Of a stretch of DNA of 55,206 nt, positions 46,391 to 55,206 are shown one piece after another. The notes beneath the pieces were generated by a model. The model saw only the letters and a list, made by a program, of their open reading frames with translations, was not told where the DNA came from and searched no databases. Made by a program: the position numbers and the translations under genes. Positions within the stretch are counted from its first letter, which is position 1. Each line of letters opens with the position of its first letter. The stretch comes from an uncultured archaeon (GTDB lineage: Archaea; Aenigmatarchaeota; Aenigmatarchaeia; GW2011-AR5): the NCBI GenBank assembly GCA_964599215.1, contig CAZRDV010000006.1, forward strand, positions 1 to 55,206, written 5' to 3'.

Positions 46391-47334
46391 TTTTTCACCT
46401 TCTTTGTCAGCACCAGGGCATCTATAATCACAACTATCAGGATTAGTGCTACTATTCCTCCTATTACAACGCCTGATGGTGCAACAACAGCATTACTGCC
46501 TATCCTCTGCTCGTATGCATCTATTGTCCTGTTTGTAAGCGGTATTGATTTTTTAATTGCCGCTGTCTCTTCTATAACATCGCTGCTCTCTGCTTTCAGC
46601 TCTTCTATCTCTGATGCCAGGCTGCTTACAACATCCTCCAGCGGCACTATCGTGGTGTTCATGCCTTCAATGCTCTGCTCAAGCTTTTCAGCCCTGTAAG
46701 CAAGCTCTTCTATGTTGCTCCTGTCCTCCAGGAACACCGTCCCGCTAGGATTGAACGCGGAAAAATAAAGCATTATTTCGCTGAAATGATTTGAGCCCGA
46801 TATAATCAATGACCTGGATTTGTAGTCGTAATGCCACCTTACCGGGGTGCCGGCCATTATCACGCTTGGCGCTTCAGAATATATCTGTAAAGTACTTGTT
46901 CCTTCATAATCCTTTTCTATGCTTATTAGCAGCTGTTCGCCTGAATGATAATAGGTTGTTTTTGTCGGGTCTATTACCATAGGTGTCTGAGGCAGTATGA
47001 GCACTCCGTTTACAGACGCATAGGTCCAGGACCTGTCTGCAGGAAGTGTAAGGTTATAATAGATGGTCTTATCATTGAAGACAACAGGGACAATGATGTT
47101 CTTCTCATCATCAGCGTAATTATCAACCCTGCCAAGCACGAGCTTCATTCCGTTTGACGTCTCGTATTCCTTTACAGTAATGTCAGAAAAAGCCTCAACA
47201 ACAGCACTTACTAACTCGCCGCCCTCTGCTTTTTCATTGGTCTGGTAGTAGACGGTATTGCCAGTTACAGAATTCATGGTAACGAAAACTATTGCTGCGC
47301 ATACCATTATCAGAATTATGAAGTCTGACCTCAT
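46387..47334 (-). CDS. Membrane-anchored protein: beta-rich head, coiled-coil stalk and C-terminal TM
   Basis: N-terminal TM plus VTGN; heptad region; N.VVAP followed by TM and KKVKK. Confidence 0.75.
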   Translation of the reverse strand: MRSDFIILIMVCAAIVFVTMNSVTGNTVYYQTNEKAEGGELVSAVVEAFSDITVKEYETSNGMKLVLGRVDNYADDEKNIIVPVVFNDKTIYYNLTLPADRSWTYASVNGVLILPQTPMVIDPTKTTYYHSGEQLLISIEKDYEGTSTLQIYSEAPSVIMAGTPVRWHYDYKSRSLIISGSNHFSEIMLYFSAFNPSGTVFLEDRSNIEELAYRAEKLEQSIEGMNTTIVPLEDVVSSLASEIEELKAESSDVIEETAAIKKSIPLTNRTIDAYEQRIGSNAVVAPSGVVIGGIVALILIVVIIDALVLTKKVKK

Positions 47335-50300
47335 TTCTTTCTCCTTTTTGCTTTCTTCCTGGCAATCATGGATACTGAACCCTTTTTCTTTTTACCGCCG
47401 CCTCTTTTCAGTATCCTGTATAGCAGGTAAGCCAGTATTATTATTCCTATTAAAATAATAAATGCTGTTAATGGGTCAGTTAATGCACCTATCAACAGGC
47501 CTGTTATCCCTACAGCAGGCACCTTGACCTCTTCTTCAGGCTCTTCTTCAGGCACTTCTTCTTCAGGCATCTCACATGCCTGTTCTTCAGCTGGTTTGCT
47601 TGATACTGTGCCGCAGGCATTCTCGTCAATGCATTCTCTTACCTGTGTGCCTGTGCATTCGCTCCATTCACTGCATACCCATTTCTCTACACACTCCTTT
47701 TGTACAGACGAACTGTAATAGCCGCCGCTTGGGCTTCCGCCAGGCGGAGATGGTGGAGATGGAGGAGCTCCTTCGCCTACTATAAGGCCTGTCTCTGCAA
47801 ATGAGTCAGTATCAGCATTGTTCCTTGCCCTGACTCTTATAATATAATTGCCATCAGCTACGTCAGGTATCAGTTCCTCGTCTGCGCAATCCAAACCAAG
47901 GTTGTATGATTCGATTACATCCTCGCCTGACATCAGGAATGCCCAGCAGCTCTTCAGGCCCTGCGGATCATGTCCGTCAGACGTTATATTGATCGTTTCA
48001 TTTCTCTCGGCCTGTGCAGGCGCTGAGACGTAAGTGATTATTGGTGCTGAATTATCAACAGTTATTGTTACTGCGTCATAGCCGTAGAACAATCCGTTGC
48101 TTGCTCTAAGTTCTATTACACATGGCTCTCCGTCCATGCAGCTGGCTGTATCGAAATCAAAATCAGCATTGCAGGTTATTGAAAACCATGCTGACTCTGT
48201 TCCATTGTCCACATACCTGTAATCGCAGACCGTGCCGGCAGTTGTGTGTGAGACTGTTATGATGCCCTTATACCAGCCTGGTGCTGGTGCAGTTATAGTT
48301 ATTTCAGGCCCTTCGTATACAGTGAACTCAGCATAAGCAAACAGTCCCCAGTAGCCGCCGTTATCTTTGCCGTGGACATAGACCCTGTGCAAACCAGGTG
48401 ACAGGCCAGGATCCAGCTCACCGATAACATCCTCTATGTAGCTGTCAAATGTGCCGTCTACTGCATCCATAGGCGTTCCGAGGCCGGAAGGTCCCATCCA
48501 GTCAATGAAGTATTCTGCGCCAACTACGGAAAGGCCTTCTATTGTGGCTGTTACTGTAAGGTCTTCAACATAAACATTGTATGTGGTAGGTGCTGAGTTC
48601 TGCACGATAACCATGTAGAACGTGCATTCGCCCCAGTTTCCAGCTGCATCCTTTGCACGGATCCAGAGGTTGTATGCTCCATCAGGACAAGGCACATTTA
48701 TCAATGCCTCTACTATTTCAGAAGGCGAATCAAAATAACCGTCTTGGGCATTCATGGAAACGCCTGTGCCTGGGTCGCCACATCCGCCCTCAGTAACAAA
48801 GAAGTATTCAGCCTCTACGATGTTGTTGCATCCCATCGGGTCTTCTGCAAGTGCTGTTATCTCTGCTGTTTCGCAGCATCTTGGCGAATTAACAGAGATG
48901 TCGCTTACAACAGGCGGTGTTATGTCCATAGGCCCCAATAACGGATCGCAGTATTCACAAGGCCTTATAGGCTCTTCGTCTATGTAACAGCCTTCTTCGC
49001 TGCAGCTGCCCTCTCCGTAATAACAAATATCATCAACTACTGTGCCCGGCATTGGACAATAATCGTCATAGGCGAACTTGCATGAACACACAGTAGGATC
49101 TGTGTTGCACTCGCCACCATAATAGCAGTAATCACCAATTATTCTTGGCTCGCACTCTTCTCCTGCTCCGTCACACTCTGCTTCGCACACCTGCACGCCG
49201 CCGTGATTGAAAACACCGTCTGTGTCATCACCATCTGCACAGACGTGGCTTACTGTCTCGTCTCCCTGTGAGCAGTAACCGCTGTTGCAGCCATTTTCAA
49301 CGCACTCGCTTACGAATGCACATCTCCAGTCGAACGTAGAAGCAAAGTTATCAGGATCAAAGTAGCAGGTTGCCACTTCCGGAATATCATTACCGCTGCA
49401 GTCAACAGGCTCTCCAGCCTCGCAGTGCACGCCATCTAGCTCGCTACAATACTCCTGGCCATTGCACCATAGATCGTCTCTACAGTCGATTAGTGAAGAG
49501 GAAGGCAGGCACTGTGTTTGTTCCTGGTCTTCGTAGCATGATTCTGTGTAATAGTGCTTGTAATAAGTATCCTGGCAGTCCTCATAATTATAAACTGAAC
49601 AGTCTTCTACCTCGCAGAATTCTGAATCACAGGTAACCGTATCATAATTACAGAATCCTTCTTCTGCCATTCTAGAATCTTCGCTACAGAATTCGTTATA
49701 GAAGTAACAGCTCTCTATAAAGCCTGTCTCATAACTGCAGGTAACCGTTGACTGGTCACAGTAACCCTCGTTGTAAACTATATCATCATTCTCAGAGCAG
49801 TATTCCACATAATAATAGCAGTATTCAACTGGGAATGACTCTGCATAACACTCTCCCTGTGAGCAGTATCCTACATCCTCCCATACGTCATCACCAGAAC
49901 AGTAAGAGGTGTCAAGATAGCTACAGTCAACATCATAATCCTTTACGCAGCTTCCAAGGCCGTCACAATGATCTACTGTACAAAGGTCCTCATCTGCCTC
50001 GCATGGCGTACTTAGAGGATAGTTAGTATAATCAGGTACGCATGAATCTAGTTCTTCGTCGCATACTCCTGCCTGGCACTGGTTATCAAGGCCTGAACAA
50101 TCTCTTTCTGCACCAACACAGGCACCCTGTATACACATATCATCAACTGTACAGTAAAGGCCGTCATCACAGGCACTTTCTTTATATCTTGTACTGCCAG
50201 TATCAACCCACTGGTTGTCAATGACATTGTAAGCGCAGCCTTCAGGGTCGCAGTAATAATCCCTGTACTTCTGCTCTTTCTGCTCTTTCTCGTTGCACTG

Positions 50301-51182
50301 ATCAACAGGTACCCACTGCTTGCTGCATGTATCGTACCAGCCGTCATAGCTGTCGCAGTCCTCTGACTGGAATGAACAGAAGCATGTATCAAGGCAAGCT
50401 CCGCCAAAATACCTTATGTTACCAGAACAGTAACCCTGGCAATCGCAGCCTTCACACTCTGCACCGCAGTAGTCAGTATCACAGTGGTAACCGCAGTCAG
50501 ATCCGCTCTCAACGCATGTTCCCTCATACCACTGATTTACACGTGTGTCATCACAAAGAGGACACCAGTCGCATTCATTCTGCTCGCAGGACGGCATGTC
50601 CGTGTAGCAGTCGCATGGTATTGAGTAGGTAACAGTTAGTTTTACTAGATCATGCTTGGTAACATCTGCTGGCGGGTATGCCGGGTTCAGCGATACCTGG
50701 AACCATATCTTAAGGTTGTTTACATCCTCTACTGTGTTGATATAAGGCGCGTTTATTATCTCTGTCCTGTCTATGTATAGCAGCGGCAAAGGTGTTGGGA
50801 AGTTGTCAATAAACCATGAAGCTGAGCTCTGATCCCATATCTTCAGCCTTGCGGTATTTATGTTGTAGCAGGTGTCAGTCCTCTGCCACTCGAATGTTAT
50901 TATTACACTCTCAACAACAGCGCAGGAAGGCAAGTCTGGCGAAAAGTCAAACTCAATGTAGTCGTAATCATTATAATTCCTGTTGTTCCAGACAGCATAG
51001 CTTACGTATCGGTTGTCATCGCTTGAGGCGAGCTTTTCAAGGTCGCCTGCTGTCAGCACGTACATGCCTGTGCCGTGATAGCTTTCGTCGTATCCCTCTG
51101 TCGGATAGTAATCTCCTGTAAATGCAAGAGCAGGCATTGCGCACATTAGGACTGCAACAATGCTGAAGATTATCTTGCTCAT
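47331..51182 (-). CDS. Giant Cys-rich cell-surface protein (1283 aa)
   Basis: Signal peptide, beta-sandwich N-domain, long Cys-rich region (CDDGLYCTVDDMC-type repeats), two AEYF..G.G..M.A.DG.FDS Ig repeats, Pro/Gly linker, TSP1-like module, ITG-TM-basic tail. Confidence 0.85.
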   Translation of the reverse strand: MSKIIFSIVAVLMCAMPALAFTGDYYPTEGYDESYHGTGMYVLTAGDLEKLASSDDNRYVSYAVWNNRNYNDYDYIEFDFSPDLPSCAVVESVIITFEWQRTDTCYNINTARLKIWDQSSASWFIDNFPTPLPLLYIDRTEIINAPYINTVEDVNNLKIWFQVSLNPAYPPADVTKHDLVKLTVTYSIPCDCYTDMPSCEQNECDWCPLCDDTRVNQWYEGTCVESGSDCGYHCDTDYCGAECEGCDCQGYCSGNIRYFGGACLDTCFCSFQSEDCDSYDGWYDTCSKQWVPVDQCNEKEQKEQKYRDYYCDPEGCAYNVIDNQWVDTGSTRYKESACDDGLYCTVDDMCIQGACVGAERDCSGLDNQCQAGVCDEELDSCVPDYTNYPLSTPCEADEDLCTVDHCDGLGSCVKDYDVDCSYLDTSYCSGDDVWEDVGYCSQGECYAESFPVEYCYYYVEYCSENDDIVYNEGYCDQSTVTCSYETGFIESCYFYNEFCSEDSRMAEEGFCNYDTVTCDSEFCEVEDCSVYNYEDCQDTYYKHYYTESCYEDQEQTQCLPSSSLIDCRDDLWCNGQEYCSELDGVHCEAGEPVDCSGNDIPEVATCYFDPDNFASTFDWRCAFVSECVENGCNSGYCSQGDETVSHVCADGDDTDGVFNHGGVQVCEAECDGAGEECEPRIIGDYCYYGGECNTDPTVCSCKFAYDDYCPMPGTVVDDICYYGEGSCSEEGCYIDEEPIRPCEYCDPLLGPMDITPPVVSDISVNSPRCCETAEITALAEDPMGCNNIVEAEYFFVTEGGCGDPGTGVSMNAQDGYFDSPSEIVEALINVPCPDGAYNLWIRAKDAAGNWGECTFYMVIVQNSAPTTYNVYVEDLTVTATIEGLSVVGAEYFIDWMGPSGLGTPMDAVDGTFDSYIEDVIGELDPGLSPGLHRVYVHGKDNGGYWGLFAYAEFTVYEGPEITITAPAPGWYKGIITVSHTTAGTVCDYRYVDNGTESAWFSITCNADFDFDTASCMDGEPCVIELRASNGLFYGYDAVTITVDNSAPIITYVSAPAQAERNETINITSDGHDPQGLKSCWAFLMSGEDVIESYNLGLDCADEELIPDVADGNYIIRVRARNNADTDSFAETGLIVGEGAPPSPPSPPGGSPSGGYYSSSVQKECVEKWVCSEWSECTGTQVRECIDENACGTVSSKPAEEQACEMPEEEVPEEEPEEEVKVPAVGITGLLIGALTDPLTAFIILIGIIILAYLLYRILKRGGGKKKKGSVSMIARKKAKRRKK

Positions 51183-51241
51183 TTATCACACCTAATGAGT
51201 GATAACTAAAACTGAAAGATTTATAAACTTAATGCCAGAAT

Positions 51242-51300
51242 TTAGCCAAAAATGTTGCAAACGTAATTACTTCGTAATTGCCTCGTGATTTCTTGGCTAA
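51242..51300. promoter_or_regulatory. Phased CGTRATT repeats enclosed by an inverted repeat, upstream of the giant-protein promoter
   Basis: CGTAATT at 51262 and 51273, CGTGATT at 51284 (11-bp period); ttagccaa/ttggctaa flanks; TATA tttataaa at 51220-51227. Confidence 0.5.
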
Positions 51301-51309
51301 TTAGTGGAA

Positions 51310-52041
51310 TTAAAATGGAATTGGCTTGAAAGCTCCAGTAGCCTTCTTCCTGAACTTGATCAGATACACTGCTGTTACTACTATTATGACTACAACTATT
51401 CCCACAAACGGGTTGCCCACTACGCCGGCAAAGAGGCCAGTCATGTCAATGCCAGAACTGTCTGCCTCCTCAGCTGAGCACGGATTCGATTCAAACGGCC
51501 TGTCGTTCTCAGTGCCGCACTGGTTCTCGTCAAAGCACAGCCTTGTTTCTATTCCATCCTTGCAAGCTGACCAGTCGGAACAAGTCCACGACTCCTGGCA
51601 TATCGTGGTTGTTGTTACACCAGGCACGATCGTAGTGGTTGTTGTTGCCTCGCTACCACTGCTGCCGCCGGGACTGCCTCCATCGCTTGGCGCTGTTATA
51701 GTAACTGTTAGATTAAGAGAAGTTGACTTACCATTAACAAATGTAGCTGTCTGGCCTGTACTTACATCATCAACAAAGAACTCTATTGTCGATCCTGCCC
51801 TAACACTATTAGGATCAGCAATATAGAATACAGGAGAGTAACCATACCTGCCGTCTGCTGTGGTCGTAGAGGCTACCCCTATTCCGTATATTCTGGCAGA
51901 TACAGTTGTTCCGTCTGAAGCCGGCGCTCCGTTCACAGTAACAGTTCCGTAGAATCGATGAGGCTGGCTTGGAACTGCAAGAGCAACGCTACTTAACAGA
52001 ACAATCATAACAGCTGCCAATATGTATCTCATTTTTATCAC
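51310..52041 (-). CDS. Cell-surface protein: P.P..FYG.V.VNG beta domain, Thr linker, TSP1-like module, C-terminal TM
   Basis: PSQPHRFYGTVTVNGAPA; CQESWTCSDWSAC; MTGLF followed by TM and basic residues. Confidence 0.8.
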   Translation of the reverse strand: MIKMRYILAAVMIVLLSSVALAVPSQPHRFYGTVTVNGAPASDGTTVSARIYGIGVASTTTADGRYGYSPVFYIADPNSVRAGSTIEFFVDDVSTGQTATFVNGKSTSLNLTVTITAPSDGGSPGGSSGSEATTTTTIVPGVTTTTICQESWTCSDWSACKDGIETRLCFDENQCGTENDRPFESNPCSAEEADSSGIDMTGLFAGVVGNPFVGIVVVIIVVTAVYLIKFRKKATGAFKPIPF

Positions 52042-52081
52042 TTAAGAGTTAGAAAATAAATATAAAAAGCTATCTGTAGGC

Positions 52082-55000
52082 CTATGCAAATACTCCGCTC
52101 CAGACGCACTCGAAATCGCTGTTCCAGATGCATGTTGTTGCCGGCACATAGTTGTCAGACACATCCAGCTCTATCCAGTAACCGCGGCCTGCATACATCT
52201 TGTCCTGTGCACTATACATGCTTTCTTCAATGCATGAATTTATTCCCATCCAGTTCGTATTGTGGTTTCCGCAGTTTATGTAAGTCCACAGTGAGCTCCA
52301 TCTTGGATATCCTTCTTGCGTATCAATCAGGGAGTTCAATGCACAATATGACTGGCTTCCATACAGTAACTTGTCTGGCCACTGGTAGGCGTCTCCGCAC
52401 ATGAAGTCGAAGTCGCCCCAGTCATAGTTCTCCCAGTTTATTCCATAGTAGCCTATGAGGTTCCATCCGTCGACCAACACTCTGCTTGGTGGTGTTGTTG
52501 CCGGACTGAACAGGCTTCCGCCTAGGACCATCCATAATGGTTCTTCATTGTCCTTAAACCAGAAGCAATTTGGCTTGAAGCCGCATTCGGTTTCTGGCTT
52601 GTCCTTAATCATTACCCAGTATCCCCAGCCTGGCCATATCTTCAGGTTGTCGTTTTCTACGCCGTCAGGGCTCCAGACACACCAATCTTGTCCGCACATT
52701 GAGAGGCCTGGATCGTATGCCCATACAGAGTCTATATATTCTCCGATGTCTTCTACAAGCTCCCCGTCAAAGTATATCTTGTCAAAGACAACCTCTGGAT
52801 CGTCATTCAACAGTGTGAATGGTACTGATATCAGGTTCCATTTCTTGAACAGAGGTATCTCGAACTTGTTTCCCTCTACCTTGAACTTTTCTTCGTCTAC
52901 TGGACCTACATTCCATAGCTTGTCAACACAATAGTACTTCAAATTGTGTTCTGTCTCCTCAAGGAAGTAGAACAGCTTTCTGTTGTCGTAGCACTCGATT
53001 TCCTGTACCTCGTCACAGTGGTCTTTGTATGGGAAGAAGTCACAACCATCGTGATTATAATTATCATCCTCTGGACCAAGCCATCTGCAACAGTAACCAC
53101 TAAACCAGTTGTACCATCCGCCGTATTCTCTACAGTAACTCATTGTTTCGTCTTCACCATCAACATCAACTTTGAAGCATATCTTGTTTTCGCCTACCGG
53201 ATGAGTATCTTGTCCGCCCAGACTGTCGTCACACTCCATCAGTATTGGCGTGAGTGTTGTGGCCTCCCAGCATTCTATTTCATCGCTTGTATTGTCCCAG
53301 CAGTGAGCAGTTTCCTCAGGATAGAAGTAACTCTCTGGGTCTCCATTCTCGCCAGGTGTCCAGACATCCTTTGGCTCGCCGATTGTCTTTACCGGCTCTG
53401 GTCCTGTGTTATCAACGAAGACACACTGTTTGTGTGTTGTATCTTTTCCAACACCGTCTTTACTGTATATCTCTATCAGGTGACAGGACTCATCAGCTAT
53501 CTTGAACTCCTCGTATGTAGGATCAGCCATTGTTGTCCATTCCTTTTCTGTAGTGGCGTCCTCACAGTCCAATATGCCCCAACAATAGTCGTCAGGAACC
53601 ACGTCGTACCTGTATTTGCTCTCAACTACTCCTGAATCATGAGGCCCGTCAGTATCATCTATATTTATTGTTATTTCTGTATCACTGCTTATCCATTCCA
53701 CTGTTGCCCATTCTAAACAATCTGGTTTACATCTATAACATTCTTCCCAGTTCAGGCAGATTTCCTTTTCATAATAAGGCCATCCGTAGTCTTTGTCTAT
53801 CCTTGGCGGTGTCTTGTCAACTATGAACATTTCAACATCATCAACGCTGTTATCCAGCCCGTCCTTGCAGTACATGTGCAGGATGTGCTCTGATTCCTCA
53901 GGGAAGCTGAACCAGAACGGTACTGGCACATCAAAGACTCTTCCTCCAACTTGTACCCAGTCAGTTCCGTTGTATTCAGCGTGATACTCTCCGCAGTCTC
54001 CACTCCATGTATACCACCAGTCACACTCAACCATTCCAATCGGGTGTGGCTCTGGGTCATATGCGTCTATGTGTACTTCCGTTACACTGTCTACCTGGTA
54101 GCAGTCTTCTATAGGGATGTGTGTTTCCATGGCAAATATGTGGAATCCAGGTATCTCATCTTTAGGGTTTCCAGCCCAGTTCAAAGTTACCTTTCCAGTT
54201 AAAGTAAATCCGCTAGCTTGTTCAGCATCAGTTAATGGAGCGTTAACTCCCTTGTAACCACTACCAGAGTCTACATCAGGAAGTGGCATACCATTTAGCA
54301 TCATGTTTGTTAATTGAGCACTGTTACCATTAGCATTTCCTTTGGCAAATGCAACTATGTAACCAAATGCCTTTCCTGAATCATAATTCCAGTTCAATGT
54401 CTTGTCGCCGACAGTGTATACAACACTGCCATCACTTGGGTCATAAGTTAGTGAGAAGTCAACGGCTACTCCACTAGTCCATACATAATTATCTTGATCT
54501 TGAACTGTTTCAGGATTAACACTCTTTATTGCTAACTCCCATGATCCTGTAGGGTTGTTTGCTCCGTATCTTCCAGTTGTCATGAAGTCTTTCTTTTCTT
54601 CAACCACTTCACAATCTACCCAGCCATCACACAGCTCTGGTTCACCTGCCTCTTGGGGTGGGCAGTCTATCTTAGGGTCGCTTACTGTTTTCTCTATAAC
54701 AGGCGGGGTATTGTCAACAATATCAATCTCGCTGTATACCGGTGTTGGATTGCCAAGACCGTCTACGCAGTAATATTCCAGCTCATGGCAGGATGATTCA
54801 GGGAAGTATATTGTTTTCTCCAGCAGATACGGGTTGCCGTTAGGCATCGCTGGTGGATTAAACCATCCCATCCATGTGGCTTCTTCAAGATCATTGCAAT
54901 CATCAGCATACCTGTATCTATAGAACAGTGAAACATGGTCAACAGGGTGGTCTGCTGTCTCGTTCCAGGTGTCATCGCAGTTAAGTATTATTGGTGTTTG

Positions 55001-55204
55001 TCCACCGATGTAGTAGATGAGAGGGTCTGCAGAGTAAACAAACTTTGGTTCACCAATATCTTTCCATACCTCAGGGTATGTGTTGTCAACGAATACGCAC
55101 TGTGCCTTGACTGGCTCTTCATTACCCAGCAGGTCTACAGAATAATATTCTATCATGTGGCATGATTCCTCTGGCTTTGTGAATGGGTCTATGTATTCAT
55201 TCCA
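52082..55204 (-). CDS. Giant secreted Cys-rich Ig-repeat protein, 5' end outside window
   Basis: Frame stays open to the window edge (WNEYIDPFTKPEESCHMIEYY); five H.(I/L)..Y.(V/K)D..GN-type repeats with VDxTxP linkers; C-terminal WNLIS/GWNLIG and GYW repeats. Confidence 0.85.
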   Translation of the reverse strand, partial: WNEYIDPFTKPEESCHMIEYYSVDLLGNEEPVKAQCVFVDNTYPEVWKDIGEPKFVYSADPLIYYIGGQTPIILNCDDTWNETADHPVDHVSLFYRYRYADDCNDLEEATWMGWFNPPAMPNGNPYLLEKTIYFPESSCHELEYYCVDGLGNPTPVYSEIDIVDNTPPVIEKTVSDPKIDCPPQEAGEPELCDGWVDCEVVEEKKDFMTTGRYGANNPTGSWELAIKSVNPETVQDQDNYVWTSGVAVDFSLTYDPSDGSVVYTVGDKTLNWNYDSGKAFGYIVAFAKGNANGNSAQLTNMMLNGMPLPDVDSGSGYKGVNAPLTDAEQASGFTLTGKVTLNWAGNPKDEIPGFHIFAMETHIPIEDCYQVDSVTEVHIDAYDPEPHPIGMVECDWWYTWSGDCGEYHAEYNGTDWVQVGGRVFDVPVPFWFSFPEESEHILHMYCKDGLDNSVDDVEMFIVDKTPPRIDKDYGWPYYEKEICLNWEECYRCKPDCLEWATVEWISSDTEITINIDDTDGPHDSGVVESKYRYDVVPDDYCWGILDCEDATTEKEWTTMADPTYEEFKIADESCHLIEIYSKDGVGKDTTHKQCVFVDNTGPEPVKTIGEPKDVWTPGENGDPESYFYPEETAHCWDNTSDEIECWEATTLTPILMECDDSLGGQDTHPVGENKICFKVDVDGEDETMSYCREYGGWYNWFSGYCCRWLGPEDDNYNHDGCDFFPYKDHCDEVQEIECYDNRKLFYFLEETEHNLKYYCVDKLWNVGPVDEEKFKVEGNKFEIPLFKKWNLISVPFTLLNDDPEVVFDKIYFDGELVEDIGEYIDSVWAYDPGLSMCGQDWCVWSPDGVENDNLKIWPGWGYWVMIKDKPETECGFKPNCFWFKDNEEPLWMVLGGSLFSPATTPPSRVLVDGWNLIGYYGINWENYDWGDFDFMCGDAYQWPDKLLYGSQSYCALNSLIDTQEGYPRWSSLWTYINCGNHNTNWMGINSCIEESMYSAQDKMYAGRGYWIELDVSDNYVPATTCIWNSDFECVWSGVFA

Positions 55205-55206
55205 CG

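Overview
Archaeal chromosomal window, most consistent with a DPANN lineage (Aenigmarchaeota-like is an inference from gene content and style). Markers: TFS, RpoL, Dph2, exosome Rrp4/41/42, SBDS, proteasome alpha, SRP54, RtcB and TATA/BRE promoters. Left to right: (1) a metal-homeostasis island (1-6.3 kb): a leftward DUF5320/permease/NifB-NifX/DUF134/J-domain/methyltransferase operon with tandem palindromic operators, divergent from DtxR-feoA-feoB with its own palindrome; (2) an accessory zone (6.3-13.5 kb) with tandem paralogous mini-proteins, an unannotated zinc-finger micro-protein, a tRNA-Thr(UGU) interrupted by a 77-nt D-loop intron with a possible nested intron, and a repeat-rich winged-helix protein; (3) housekeeping, transport and redox genes; (4) a convergent pair of two very different ATP-phosphoribosyltransferase (HisG)-fold genes with no other his genes, inside the dph2-rpoL-DUF99...tfs cluster; (5) a MacB/LolCDE-type ABC cassette, ferredoxin plus geranylgeranyl reductase, bacterial-type panD, and the exosome/proteasome superoperon interrupted by a repeat lipoprotein; (6) a >9 kb cluster of secreted Cys-rich giant proteins and coiled-coil membrane-anchored proteins sharing a thrombospondin-like module and an xTG-TM-basic tail. 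The best candidates for an undescribed system are the HisG-fold pair and the surface/adhesion cluster. All family calls come from motif recognition by eye; no searches were run. Several starts were moved from the ORF track to better-supported codons.
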